Positions 27,182 through 35,677 of a stretch of 57,151 nucleotides of DNA are shown here, piece by piece. Position numbers and translations under genes: made by a program. Position 1 is the stretch's first letter. Each line of letters opens with the position of its first letter. Source of the stretch: a virus; IMG/VR virus record IMGVR_UViG_3300035211_000082, positions 1-57,151 of that record. One strand, written 5' to 3'. The notes beneath the pieces were generated by a model that ran no database searches, was not told where the DNA came from, and worked only from the letters and a program-made list of their open reading frames with translations.

Positions 27182-27466
27182 ATTAAAATATTAAACCCCC
27201 TTTCAGAAGTTGTCTTACTTAGATTATGACATATTTTTATGTTTTTTTATAGTGCGCTGAGTGTTATAATAGAGATGCAAAAAGTCGAAGTGGTCAGCTC
27301 CGACTCAAAAATTTTTTTCAACGGGTAAATATGCCCGATTGAGAAAAGTCATTATAATAATAAAAAGAAACTTTAGAAGCTCTTTTGCTTATAATTATAT
27401 AGCAAAAAATGATTAAAGTAAATAGAATTAATACGAATATTGATCAATCGAAATTTATATATTGTT

Positions 27467-28054
27467 TTATTGAATTTTATATTTTAATCCTAATATATAC
27501 ATTAATCTTTTATTATCAATTCTTTTTCTTAATGATTTTAAATTATAACTTTTTTTAAGTGTTGAAATAAATTTATTTTCAGGCATTTTACTTCCACCAA
27601 AACTCCAATCACTATAATAATTATAAAGTCCACGACTGCTAATCATGCTATTATCATTAATTTCACAACATTCTTCAACAAATTGTATTGCTGAATTATT
27701 AGTTTTATCTTGGCCATCAATATTCATTTCATCAGTCTTAATTTTTTCTATAACTTTATTGGGCTTTCTATGTTTATTATTAATGCCATTTATATTATAA
27801 TCATTAATATCTAATTGGTTTATGTATTCAGATTCTAGTTTATTTAGGTCTTCAAAATCGCAAATATCTAGAATCTCATATGTAAATCCATTGTAACCAT
27901 TCTTTATAAAATCTTTTTGTAAATAATAATTATGATGCTTATTACTTAATAAATATTCAATATGACTATCCAATCTTTTAAAAATATTTTTGCTTTTACC
28001 TATGTATCTTTTGTTATTAAATTTATTTTTAATTTGATATATTCCTATCATCAT
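27467..28054 (-). CDS. GIY-YIG homing endonuclease
   Basis: GIYQIKNKFNNKRYIGKSKNIFKRLDSH = GIY...YIG..R motifs; free-standing between tape measure and chaperone genes. Confidence 0.75.
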   Translation of the reverse strand: MMIGIYQIKNKFNNKRYIGKSKNIFKRLDSHIEYLLSNKHHNYYLQKDFIKNGYNGFTYEILDICDFEDLNKLESEYINQLDINDYNINGINNKHRKPNKVIEKIKTDEMNIDGQDKTNNSAIQFVEECCEINDNSMISSRGLYNYYSDWSFGGSKMPENKFISTLKKSYNLKSLRKRIDNKRLMYILGLKYKIQ

Positions 28055-28184
28055 ATCCCTCCATATATTCTTTTATTAACCTTATAATGACCTTAGACAT
28101 ATTTTTGTCATTATCATTACAAAAATTCTTAAATTTAATTTTTAAATCTTTTTCAATTAAGATTCTAATTTGTGAATCTTTCAT
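28029..28184 (-). CDS. ribbon-helix-helix (CopG/Arc-like) protein overlapping the GIY-YIG start (51 aa; not in ORF track)
   Basis: gaggtgattattatg; MKDSQIRILIEKDLKIKFKNFCNDNDKNMSKVIIRLIKEYMEGYDDRNISN: beta strand, then two helices. Confidence 0.5.
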   Translation of the reverse strand: MKDSQIRILIEKDLKIKFKNFCNDNDKNMSKVIIRLIKEYMEGYDDRNISN

Positions 28185-28257
28185 AATAATCACCTCTTTA
28201 TATATATTATCATATATTATAATATATTACAATGCTTATATATCCATCTCTCCCCAT

Positions 28258-28273
28258 GCCGGCAAAAGGAAAA
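28258..28273 (+). repeat. CCGGCAAA motif copy
   Basis: ccggcaaaaggaaaag, intergenic. Confidence 0.8.
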
Positions 28274-28355
28274 GCGGTCATTCGATAATCCCGAACAACT
28301 ACTTAACCAAATATTAAGCTACAAAAAAAAAGTTTATAAAAATAATAAAAAGTTG

Positions 28356-28384
28356 TTGACAATAATAAAAAGTTATGGTATTAT
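28356..28384 (+). promoter_or_regulatory. promoter TTGACA-N17-(TGg)TATTAT
   Basis: ttgacaataataaaaagttatggtattat, 34 nt before the 28418 gene. Confidence 0.6.
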
Positions 28385-28417
28385 ATATACATACTAAAAA
28401 ACAAGGAGGAGCATACA

Positions 28418-28798
28418 ATGACTAAATCATTATTATTCAAAACAGCTCATAAAAATACTAAAGAAATGAAAAGAAATTATCCAGAGGTAAATTACAGAGT
28501 TCAATTTGGATTAGAATTAAAGACATTGTATGCAAATATGAATATGACAATGAATGAACATACACAAAAATGGATTAAAAGAGCAAAAAGAAATGAAAAA
28601 TTGATGAATATGGATTTAAATGATTATTCAGCAGCCAGATATTTTATTGAATCAAAATTCATCACAGAAATTACTAAAGAAAGCGAAATGGGAATACATA
28701 ATCATGACATATTTAGCGAAAAATTATCTAGCGAAAAACACAGAGATTTGGTTATAAAAGAAGCAAAACAAATAAAAAAAATATTTCTAGAAAGGTAA
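28418..28798 (+). CDS. hypothetical protein (126 aa), plus-strand moron
   Basis: aaggaggagcataca ATG. Confidence 0.6.
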   Translation: MTKSLLFKTAHKNTKEMKRNYPEVNYRVQFGLELKTLYANMNMTMNEHTQKWIKRAKRNEKLMNMDLNDYSAARYFIESKFITEITKESEMGIHNHDIFSEKLSSEKHRDLVIKEAKQIKKIFLER

Positions 28799-28802
28799 AA
28801 AA

Positions 28803-29021
28803 ATGATTAAAATTAATTTAAACTCAAAACTATTAATTAAAGACATAATCTACAATATAAACTTTAAAGATCTAGCTAAACAGTTAGATCTTTCTGAGTA
28901 TGGATTGCGCAAAAAAATAGAAAATAGTAGTTTGCGGCTTGCTGAAATAATAATATTATTAAAAGTTTTGGCCATTAGCTTTGATGATTTTTGCAGTATA
29001 TATATTAAAGCACCTGAGTGA
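28803..29021 (+). CDS. small HTH-type protein; paralog of 5286..5504
   Basis: 72 aa; LAKQLDLSEYGLRKKI...LAEIIILLKVLAISFDDF. Confidence 0.55.
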   Translation: MIKINLNSKLLIKDIIYNINFKDLAKQLDLSEYGLRKKIENSSLRLAEIIILLKVLAISFDDFCSIYIKAPE

Positions 29022-29028
29022 AGGTGCT

Positions 29029-29334
29029 TTAACTTTTATCATAATTTCTTTTAACTGGTATAATCCCTTTATCAATCGCGGTCTCGATCGGTATTGCTCC
29101 ATCAGTGTCAAGTCCATTAGTCTTCATTTCTCCGCCATGTAGCTTAGCTTGAAATTTTCTTTCTTGTATCAATCTACTTTCAATTTTATCTTTCATTAAA
29201 AATATTTGTTCTCTAGTCAATTCTTGTATATCTAAAAATGAGATATTATATTCAGACATAATCATGTCAAATACACCACCCCAACCAAATTCTTGGCCTA
29301 TTTCAATCCCTTGGTTAGGGTCATTAAGTTTTTT
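29029..29334 (-). CDS. C-terminal extension of the tail assembly chaperone (G-T product) reached by -1 frameshift
   Basis: The -1 frame stays open from the slippery site: KKLNDPNQGIEIGQEFGWGGVFDMIMSEYNISF... into track ORF 29029..29265. Confidence 0.65.
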   Translation of the reverse strand, partial: KKLNDPNQGIEIGQEFGWGGVFDMIMSEYNISFLDIQELTREQIFLMKDKIESRLIQERKFQAKLHGGEMKTNGLDTDGAIPIETAIDKGIIPVKRNYDKS

Positions 29335-29735
29335 ACATAGCCGTAGTTACATGTCAAACATGTTGCAATAGCTTTCAATACATCGTCCCTTGTTGCCCCC
29401 ATGTCAATAATTGTATCCATTGTAACATGTCCATTAGTTCCTCTTTCGAGAATCTTTGGCAAATCGTCTCTTATTAAGCCTGATATTTGTTTTAAAATAT
29501 CAGCTAGTGAAAATTCAGATCCTTCTTTCATGAAATCAGATTTTATCAAAGGATCTAATTGTGTTAATGCTTCAACAAGTGCATCGTCAAAATCATTGCA
29601 AGCCTTCCAGGACAATGCTTTTATCGTAATAGCGTCGTTACCAAATGGGACAACTTCTCCTTTATTTACTAATTTATCTCTTTCTTTTCTTTGTTCAACT
29701 TTTTTAAATACTTTTTCTTTTTCTTCTCTTGTCAT
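29298..29735 (-). CDS. tail assembly chaperone (gpG-like)
   Basis: 145 aa, between tail tube and tape measure; ends ...GYVKNLMTLTKGLK. Confidence 0.65.
   Translation of the reverse strand: MTREEKEKVFKKVEQRKERDKLVNKGEVVPFGNDAITIKALSWKACNDFDDALVEALTQLDPLIKSDFMKEGSEFSLADILKQISGLIRDDLPKILERGTNGHVTMDTIIDMGATRDDVLKAIATCLTCNYGYVKNLMTLTKGLK
29328..29334 (-). promoter_or_regulatory. -1 programmed frameshift slippery heptamer A_AAA_AAC
   Basis: G frame reads GTA AAA AAC; plus strand gttttttac at 29328-29336. Confidence 0.65.
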
Positions 29736-29783
29736 TTTTTGTTAAAATCCTTTCCATTCATTATATCTATTTATTGTTTTATA

Positions 29784-29811
29784 TATTTTCTTTTGCCGGC
29801 AAAGGAATCAT
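29784..29811. repeat. Dyad motif TTTGCCGGCAAA
   Basis: tattttcttttgccggcaaaggaatcat; 20 nt after the tail tube stop. Confidence 0.85.
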
Positions 29812-29822
29812 ATAACTACTAA

Positions 29823-30698
29823 CTAGGCTACTGTTGTAAAGTCAAAGATTTCTGTTACAGCCATCTTGGAGTAATCATCCAATGCACGACAATTCTCAGA
29901 TACTGATACTAGATAAGTTGTAGTACTTGCTGACAAATCAGAGCTTGGTGTAATAGTAACTTCGTCAGTATCTGTTTGAGAAACAGTAGTAGTTACTATT
30001 GTACCGTCATCTTCAGTCAAAACAAAATTACCATCATTAACGCTATCAGGATGAATATCTCTATTAAACGTAACGACAATAGTTGTATCAACCGCAATTC
30101 CAGATGCCCCATCACCTGGTACAATACTACTAGTTTCCAATGTAGCAGGACTACCATCTGTAGCTGCGGCAGTTTCTTCCATCCAGTATCCTAGTTGCTC
30201 ACCAGCACTTTGAGTGGTGTCGCATACAGCCATAGCGGTAAATTTAAATCCCATTGAGCCATCTTTTAGGAATTGTGGTTCTAAATTAGGACTTATATTT
30301 ACTTTTAACAATCTTAATCTTAAATATAAGCTTCTATTAGTACGTTTTGGCGCTCTATATTCTAATACATAATCTGTAAGCACGGTTTGACCGCCAAAAG
30401 GGATTTTATCATATCCGACTTGACCTGCATCTGGTGCTTGAGTTGTTATTGTTCCACCGCCAATTGCATATTTAAAAGCAGTAGCTCCACTTTCGCTTAA
30501 AATTGTTTCAAAAGAACACTCTTCGCCAGGAATATAGTATCCGACCGGTGCTAAATATTGATCAGTTTTAATTGGTTCTAGTTCGCCATTATATTTAAAA
30601 GTAGCTCCTTCTGATGTTAATCCTAAATCAATAGGGACTGAATCTGGATTTAAAACTACGTTTCCAGCTCCTACATGTATTTTACTAGGTGTTGCCAT
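29823..30698 (-). CDS. major tail (tube) protein with C-terminal Ig-like domain
   Basis: 291 aa; directly upstream of the chaperones; C-term IVPGDGASGIAVDTTIVVTFNRDIHPDSVNDGNFVLT is Big-like. Confidence 0.7.
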   Translation of the reverse strand: MATPSKIHVGAGNVVLNPDSVPIDLGLTSEGATFKYNGELEPIKTDQYLAPVGYYIPGEECSFETILSESGATAFKYAIGGGTITTQAPDAGQVGYDKIPFGGQTVLTDYVLEYRAPKRTNRSLYLRLRLLKVNISPNLEPQFLKDGSMGFKFTAMAVCDTTQSAGEQLGYWMEETAAATDGSPATLETSSIVPGDGASGIAVDTTIVVTFNRDIHPDSVNDGNFVLTEDDGTIVTTTVSQTDTDEVTITPSSDLSASTTTYLVSVSENCRALDDYSKMAVTEIFDFTTVA

Positions 30699-30715
30699 AA
30701 AATCAACTCCTCTCT

Positions 30716-31186
30716 TTAATAATTCGAAATTATATAATCTATTGAACCTAAAATTTGAGAACCTTGCGCTAATCCATGATCTACTTCAAATAAATCACTT
30801 ATTGTCGCATCTCCAATTTTAGGAGAATGTAAACTATTTTTCCAATTGTTTTCATTTCTTAATACTCTTACTACTGCTTCTGTATATCTACAAATAAATC
30901 TTTGCAGCTCATCAGCATCTATGTTAACGCACCAAACCTGTATTTCAAAGTTTAAGCGCCTTTCTTGATGTTCGTAGTCGTCTTGCTTATCAGACGTTTT
31001 CTGAGCTTTAATTAGCACGGCTGGAAATTCGTCTAACTCAGTTGGCAAGTAGCTTCCTATTTTAAAACTTTCAATTGTCGGAGCGTTAGTTGAGGCACTA
31101 GCCTCCGTTTCAACCGTATCAACAACACTATTTATATTAGCAATAAGATAATATTTAATTGAATTTAAGGCATATTCAGGATTCAT
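30716..31186 (-). CDS. tail completion / terminator-type protein
   Basis: position between gp10-like and tube genes. Confidence 0.4.
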   Translation of the reverse strand: MNPEYALNSIKYYLIANINSVVDTVETEASASTNAPTIESFKIGSYLPTELDEFPAVLIKAQKTSDKQDDYEHQERRLNFEIQVWCVNIDADELQRFICRYTEAVVRVLRNENNWKNSLHSPKIGDATISDLFEVDHGLAQGSQILGSIDYIISNY

Positions 31187-31653
31187 GTACTACCTCCATG
31201 CTCAAAAATATATTCAAATGCAAGTCTGGTCCATCTACGCTTTTGTGCTGCTGTTAAGCTTACAACTTTTCTTTGAGGCATTTTGCTAGTGCCTCGCTGA
31301 TGAAATACCGCCTTTGGATCTTTTGTACCAATTTCCAAACTATTAGATGACACATGGTTAACATGATTACCTCCTATACTTGTCAATGACTGCATTAAAT
31401 CACCACGTCGTTGCAATATTGGCTTGCCTGGGAATTGTTTGTCCTTAATAGCTTTATATGCTGGTGATAATGGCTTCCACCTAGAATTGCCTTCAAAAGC
31501 ACCTTCAGAGCTAAATATACCTTTTTCAGTTTCTCTGAAATCATCTGCTATATCTTCAAATAAAGGCCTAAAATCTTGTAAATGATCTGCCATAATATCC
31601 AAATATCTTGATAATTGAACATCACCATCAACATCAAATCTTAATCTAAACAT
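31183..31653 (-). CDS. HK97 gp10-like / virion morphogenesis (head-tail joining) protein
   Basis: GKPILQRRGDLMQSLT and overall pattern typical of this family. Confidence 0.55.
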   Translation of the reverse strand: MFRLRFDVDGDVQLSRYLDIMADHLQDFRPLFEDIADDFRETEKGIFSSEGAFEGNSRWKPLSPAYKAIKDKQFPGKPILQRRGDLMQSLTSIGGNHVNHVSSNSLEIGTKDPKAVFHQRGTSKMPQRKVVSLTAAQKRRWTRLAFEYIFEHGGST

Positions 31654-31654
31654 A

Positions 31655-32101
31655 TTACCATTGCTCCGTTTCTAACTTCCAAACCGGCTCAGTATCTTCA
31701 TAATCATTATCAGAATTTCCATGGCTTGTAAAAGAATATAATCCATTTGTGCTATCTTTTTCAGTCGAATTAGGCAATATAAGATCACGAGATATAATTT
31801 GCATTATTCTTTTGTCGGCACTATTTTTCCAACTATAAGCAATTTCTGGCATTTTGCCAGCGGTTTGCATAACTAAAACTTTAGCAACCTCATAAGCTGC
31901 TAGCCTTGTAGATATAAATTTTAATATTTCTACATCATCAACATTGGTTATTGGAGTATTGTAAATTAAAGCAATTCTCCCATTTATTAAAGCATCAGCC
32001 TCTAGTATAAAATCTGCAACATCATTAGTATTAACTTTGCTTGTAGTTGTAAAAGTAGTCCATTTAATTAAACTTTGAACATCGCTTATACTACAATACA
32101 T
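31655..32101 (-). CDS. head-tail connector protein (Mu gp36/DUF1320-like)
   Basis: 148 aa; N-term YCSISDVQSLI...; position. Confidence 0.45.
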   Translation of the reverse strand: MYCSISDVQSLIKWTTFTTTSKVNTNDVADFILEADALINGRIALIYNTPITNVDDVEILKFISTRLAAYEVAKVLVMQTAGKMPEIAYSWKNSADKRIMQIISRDLILPNSTEKDSTNGLYSFTSHGNSDNDYEDTEPVWKLETEQW

Positions 32102-32390
32102 TATCTTCTCTCACTTTCATTAATATATCTTCTTCAAAAATATTAGAATCAGAAGTAGTTATTTTAACAGTAATTTTATGATTTTCTCCATCAAGTCCTG
32201 CTTTTACTTTTATAGAAACTGTATTTGTTGTATTTGAATCTGAATCAATTATTACAGAAGAAGAGTCAGAATCGTCACTCAAATCAGTACAAGTAATAAT
32301 ATATGAACTAATAGTTTCATCTGTCAATACACTAGCAAAATTCACAGTTATTGTAAACTTTTCACTTGGTTGTTTCAAAAACCTATCCAT
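32091..32390 (-). CDS. hypothetical structural-module protein (99 aa)
   Basis: position. Confidence 0.45.
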   Translation of the reverse strand: MDRFLKQPSEKFTITVNFASVLTDETISSYIITCTDLSDDSDSSSVIIDSDSNTTNTVSIKVKAGLDGENHKITVKITTSDSNIFEEDILMKVREDNVL

Positions 32391-32391
32391 T

Positions 32392-35208
32392 TCATACTCC
32401 TTTTTTCACAAAATTCATTTTCCTATAAAAGGTAAAATAATGTTTGCTATATTTAATGTAACATTCCGCATTTGATTGATTAATATCAACATTAGTTTTA
32501 GTTAACACATTTATTATGTTTAAGACTAAATAGGCATTTTTTGTATTAATATCAATATTAGTTTTATCAATACGTATATTAACCCATCCAGATGTATTAG
32601 TGCTTACACTAATATTGCTTGCACTAATAGCAATGTTACTCTTTGTTAATAATAAAGTTTTACTAATATTAATATCAACTACTTTGCTATTTATGTTAAT
32701 GTTACTTTTTATAATATTTATACTTTTACTAATACTTATTATAACAACTTTTGCATTGACACTAACATTTGATAAATTAATAATATTATTATAACTTACA
32801 TTATTGTTTACATTTTTTGTATTTATTAATATATTAGTTAAATCTAATAAAATATTTTTATTAATACCAATTGTAACATCTTTTGTATTAATATTAACAT
32901 TTGTTTTACTTACATTGTTATTAATATATAATTTTAAAGAAACATTTTTTGTATTAACATTTATATTTGCTTTTTCAATATTGATATTTTTTTCAATATT
33001 AGTTATTGCATTTTTTGCATTTAAAGAAATATTAGTTTTGGTTAATAAAATATTTTTGTCAACACAAATTGTAACATCTTTTGCATTGGTACTTATGTTA
33101 GTTTTAGTAGTAACAATATTAGCATACACTTGAATATTAATATCTTTTGCATCAATAGAAATATTGCTTTTAATTAATGATAAAATTTTATCTATACTCA
33201 AACTAACTGTTTCATTACTTATATTTATATTACTTTTAGTAATGTCCAAAACTTCATCAAGTCCAGTACTTACTAAAATATCCTTAGTATTTATGTTAAT
33301 ATTTGATAAATTAGTTATTATGCCATAGCCAATATTAACTCCAACATCTTTTGTGCTAATGTCAATGCCGCTTTTGGTTAACAAAATATTTTTATCAATA
33401 TTAATTCCAACATCTTTTATGTTGATATCAATATTTGTTTTATTGACATTGTTATTAATATATGTTTGTAAAGAAACATCTTTGATATCAATGCCTATAT
33501 TTGTTTTTGTTGTTTCAATATTTCTTCCAACACCAATTACTACGTCCTGTACATATAAAGGAATATTAGTTTTGATTAATAAAATATTTTTATTAATATT
33601 AAGTGTAACATTTTTTGTATCAATACTTACATTGGTTTTAGTGGTATTAATATTAGCATACACCTGAATATTAACATCTTTAGTATTTACTAATATGTTT
33701 GTTTTGTCTATACTCAAATTTTTAGCAAAACTAATTATAATGTCCTTTGTATTAATACTAATACCTGTTTTATCAACATCAATATTAGCATTTTTAATAG
33801 CTTCTATACCTACGCTATTTGTATCAATAGAAATATTGCTTTTAGTTAATGAAACAACATTACCTACATTGATATTAACATTTTTTGTGTTAATAGATAC
33901 ATTTGTTTTTTCAACGTTTATTGACACATTTTTAGTAACATCAATATTTGCATTTTGTGTATTTAAAGTAACATTATTTTTTGTTATTACAATATTTGTT
34001 GCAGTACCTATATTGACATTTTTAGTATTGATTAAAATATTAGTTTTAGTTAAATTTATATTTTTTGCAATCAATGTAACAACATCTTGAGCATCTATCG
34101 TTATACCAGTTTTAACTAAATTTTCTAAAAAGCCAAAAATAATATTAATATCTTGCGAATCAATACTTACATTACTTTTTATGACAGATTCATTAATGTT
34201 TTTAATAGCTATTATACTTACATTTTCTGCACTAATAGCAATATTAGTTTTTGTAACTAATACATTTTTATCGATTACAATACCAACTGTTTTTGTGTTA
34301 ACTGATACATTAGTCTTTATAATTGATTCACTAATATTCTTTGTAACTGATATGCTAACATCTTGCGTATTAATTTGTATATCACTTTTTGTTACAAGAT
34401 TATTTGTACTTTTAACAGTAGCTATCTCTACTATCTTTGTGTTTATTGATATATTAGTTTTTGTTAAAGAGTTACTCACATTTTTAATTGTAGAGATAGT
34501 TACATCTTTACTATTTATAGAAATATTAGTTTTTGTTGTACTAACACCAATATCAGTAGACATTGTAACTGTTTGAATATCTAAAGAAATATTAGTTTTT
34601 GTTGTCGGCACTGAAACATCAGCACTTCCAGCATCTACAATTACATTTTGTGTGTCAATACTAATATTTGTTTTTGTTATTGATATTGATTCATTTAAGT
34701 TAAAACTTCCAGTTATGGTTAGCAACGTATCTGTTTCGCTATAATCGTACGAATCAAGTTGAACTTTGTCACCAATACCACCACTAGAATTATCAGTGAA
34801 GACCAACAAAGCATTCCCAGCAACCCAAGAACCTCTATTAATGATTTCTTGGATTATACTTGTTACATCAACAGAAAATGACGTCCATGTTTTTGCTGTT
34901 GTTGCTGTAGTTTTTGATAAAGCTGCAAACTCACTATAATTTGTTGGCGCAGCTTGATTGTCAGCATCAGCACCATAAAAATCTGAACTAACATCTTCTG
35001 GATCAGTAGATGAGTATTCTGTAAAAGTTATAGTAGCACTAGAGATCGTTGAACCTTGATCTATTCCAATGCTTTGAAATCTCCAAAATCCTTCGTAATT
35101 AAAATATGGAGATATATGAACAAAATTATAATTATTATTAAACGAACTTGTGCCATTACTATACCCATCATCTGCTCCAATAGAAATATACCTTTGTAAT
35201 GTTGCCAT
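32392..35208 (-). CDS. giant repeat protein (about 938 aa): ~170-aa N-terminal domain, then >30 degenerate ~21-23-aa repeats
   Basis: aggtgattcaa ATG GCA (MATLQRY...); repeats such as (L/V)TKTNISI(N/D)TK(N/D)V.I....KN; lies in the head module between connector and capsid-side genes. Confidence 0.7.
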   Translation of the reverse strand: MATLQRYISIGADDGYSNGTSSFNNNYNFVHISPYFNYEGFWRFQSIGIDQGSTISSATITFTEYSSTDPEDVSSDFYGADADNQAAPTNYSEFAALSKTTATTAKTWTSFSVDVTSIIQEIINRGSWVAGNALLVFTDNSSGGIGDKVQLDSYDYSETDTLLTITGSFNLNESISITKTNISIDTQNVIVDAGSADVSVPTTKTNISLDIQTVTMSTDIGVSTTKTNISINSKDVTISTIKNVSNSLTKTNISINTKIVEIATVKSTNNLVTKSDIQINTQDVSISVTKNISESIIKTNVSVNTKTVGIVIDKNVLVTKTNIAISAENVSIIAIKNINESVIKSNVSIDSQDINIIFGFLENLVKTGITIDAQDVVTLIAKNINLTKTNILINTKNVNIGTATNIVITKNNVTLNTQNANIDVTKNVSINVEKTNVSINTKNVNINVGNVVSLTKSNISIDTNSVGIEAIKNANIDVDKTGISINTKDIIISFAKNLSIDKTNILVNTKDVNIQVYANINTTKTNVSIDTKNVTLNINKNILLIKTNIPLYVQDVVIGVGRNIETTKTNIGIDIKDVSLQTYINNNVNKTNIDINIKDVGINIDKNILLTKSGIDISTKDVGVNIGYGIITNLSNININTKDILVSTGLDEVLDITKSNINISNETVSLSIDKILSLIKSNISIDAKDINIQVYANIVTTKTNISTNAKDVTICVDKNILLTKTNISLNAKNAITNIEKNINIEKANINVNTKNVSLKLYINNNVSKTNVNINTKDVTIGINKNILLDLTNILINTKNVNNNVSYNNIINLSNVSVNAKVVIISISKSINIIKSNININSKVVDINISKTLLLTKSNIAISASNISVSTNTSGWVNIRIDKTNIDINTKNAYLVLNIINVLTKTNVDINQSNAECYIKYSKHYFTFYRKMNFVKKGV
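32450..34700 (-). repeat. coding tandem-repeat tract of the giant protein
   Basis: recurring ...aatattagttttngt.../...atcttttgt... on the plus strand; period about 63-69 nt, degenerate. Confidence 0.7.
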
Positions 35209-35217
35209 TTGAATCAC

Positions 35218-35652
35218 CTACCCAGCGGTAGTTGTAAATATCCCGTCACCATCCCAGGTTAATGTAAAGTTTCCGTTTTCAGAAGATTTGTCTTCACCAA
35301 AATCTGTATATCCTATCAGTACGCTTGTTGACGGCGTTCCAGTGTCAACATACACAATAGCATACCTTGCAGTTATTGTCGATGAACTCCATGTTACATC
35401 AGCCGCATCAAACTTTGTTACATTTGTTCCTGCTGTATAACCAATAGTTTTTGATGCTAAAGTAGCGCCACCTGCCGTATAACCAGTTCCTGACACTTCA
35501 TTATCATCTAAATCATCTACGTAATCATGAGTATCTTGATCTGGAGCTAATGTGTCATCTAACAACATAACTTTTATAGTATCTGCTTCCCAATCAATTT
35601 CTTTATTGAAAGCTTTTATGATTAAATTTCCAAATGTATAAAAAGTAGACAT
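35218..35652 (-). CDS. structural-module protein (144 aa)
   Basis: position; EVSGTGYTAGGATLASKTIGYT. Confidence 0.45.
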   Translation of the reverse strand: MSTFYTFGNLIIKAFNKEIDWEADTIKVMLLDDTLAPDQDTHDYVDDLDDNEVSGTGYTAGGATLASKTIGYTAGTNVTKFDAADVTWSSSTITARYAIVYVDTGTPSTSVLIGYTDFGEDKSSENGNFTLTWDGDGIFTTTAG

Positions 35653-35677
35653 ATACTCACCCCTTTTTTATTTTTTA

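Noticed and set aside
32450-34700. Tandem DNA repeats as a CRISPR or satellite array
   Set aside because: They lie inside one uninterrupted 2.8-kb reading frame and translate into a regular peptide repeat, so they are coding repeats.
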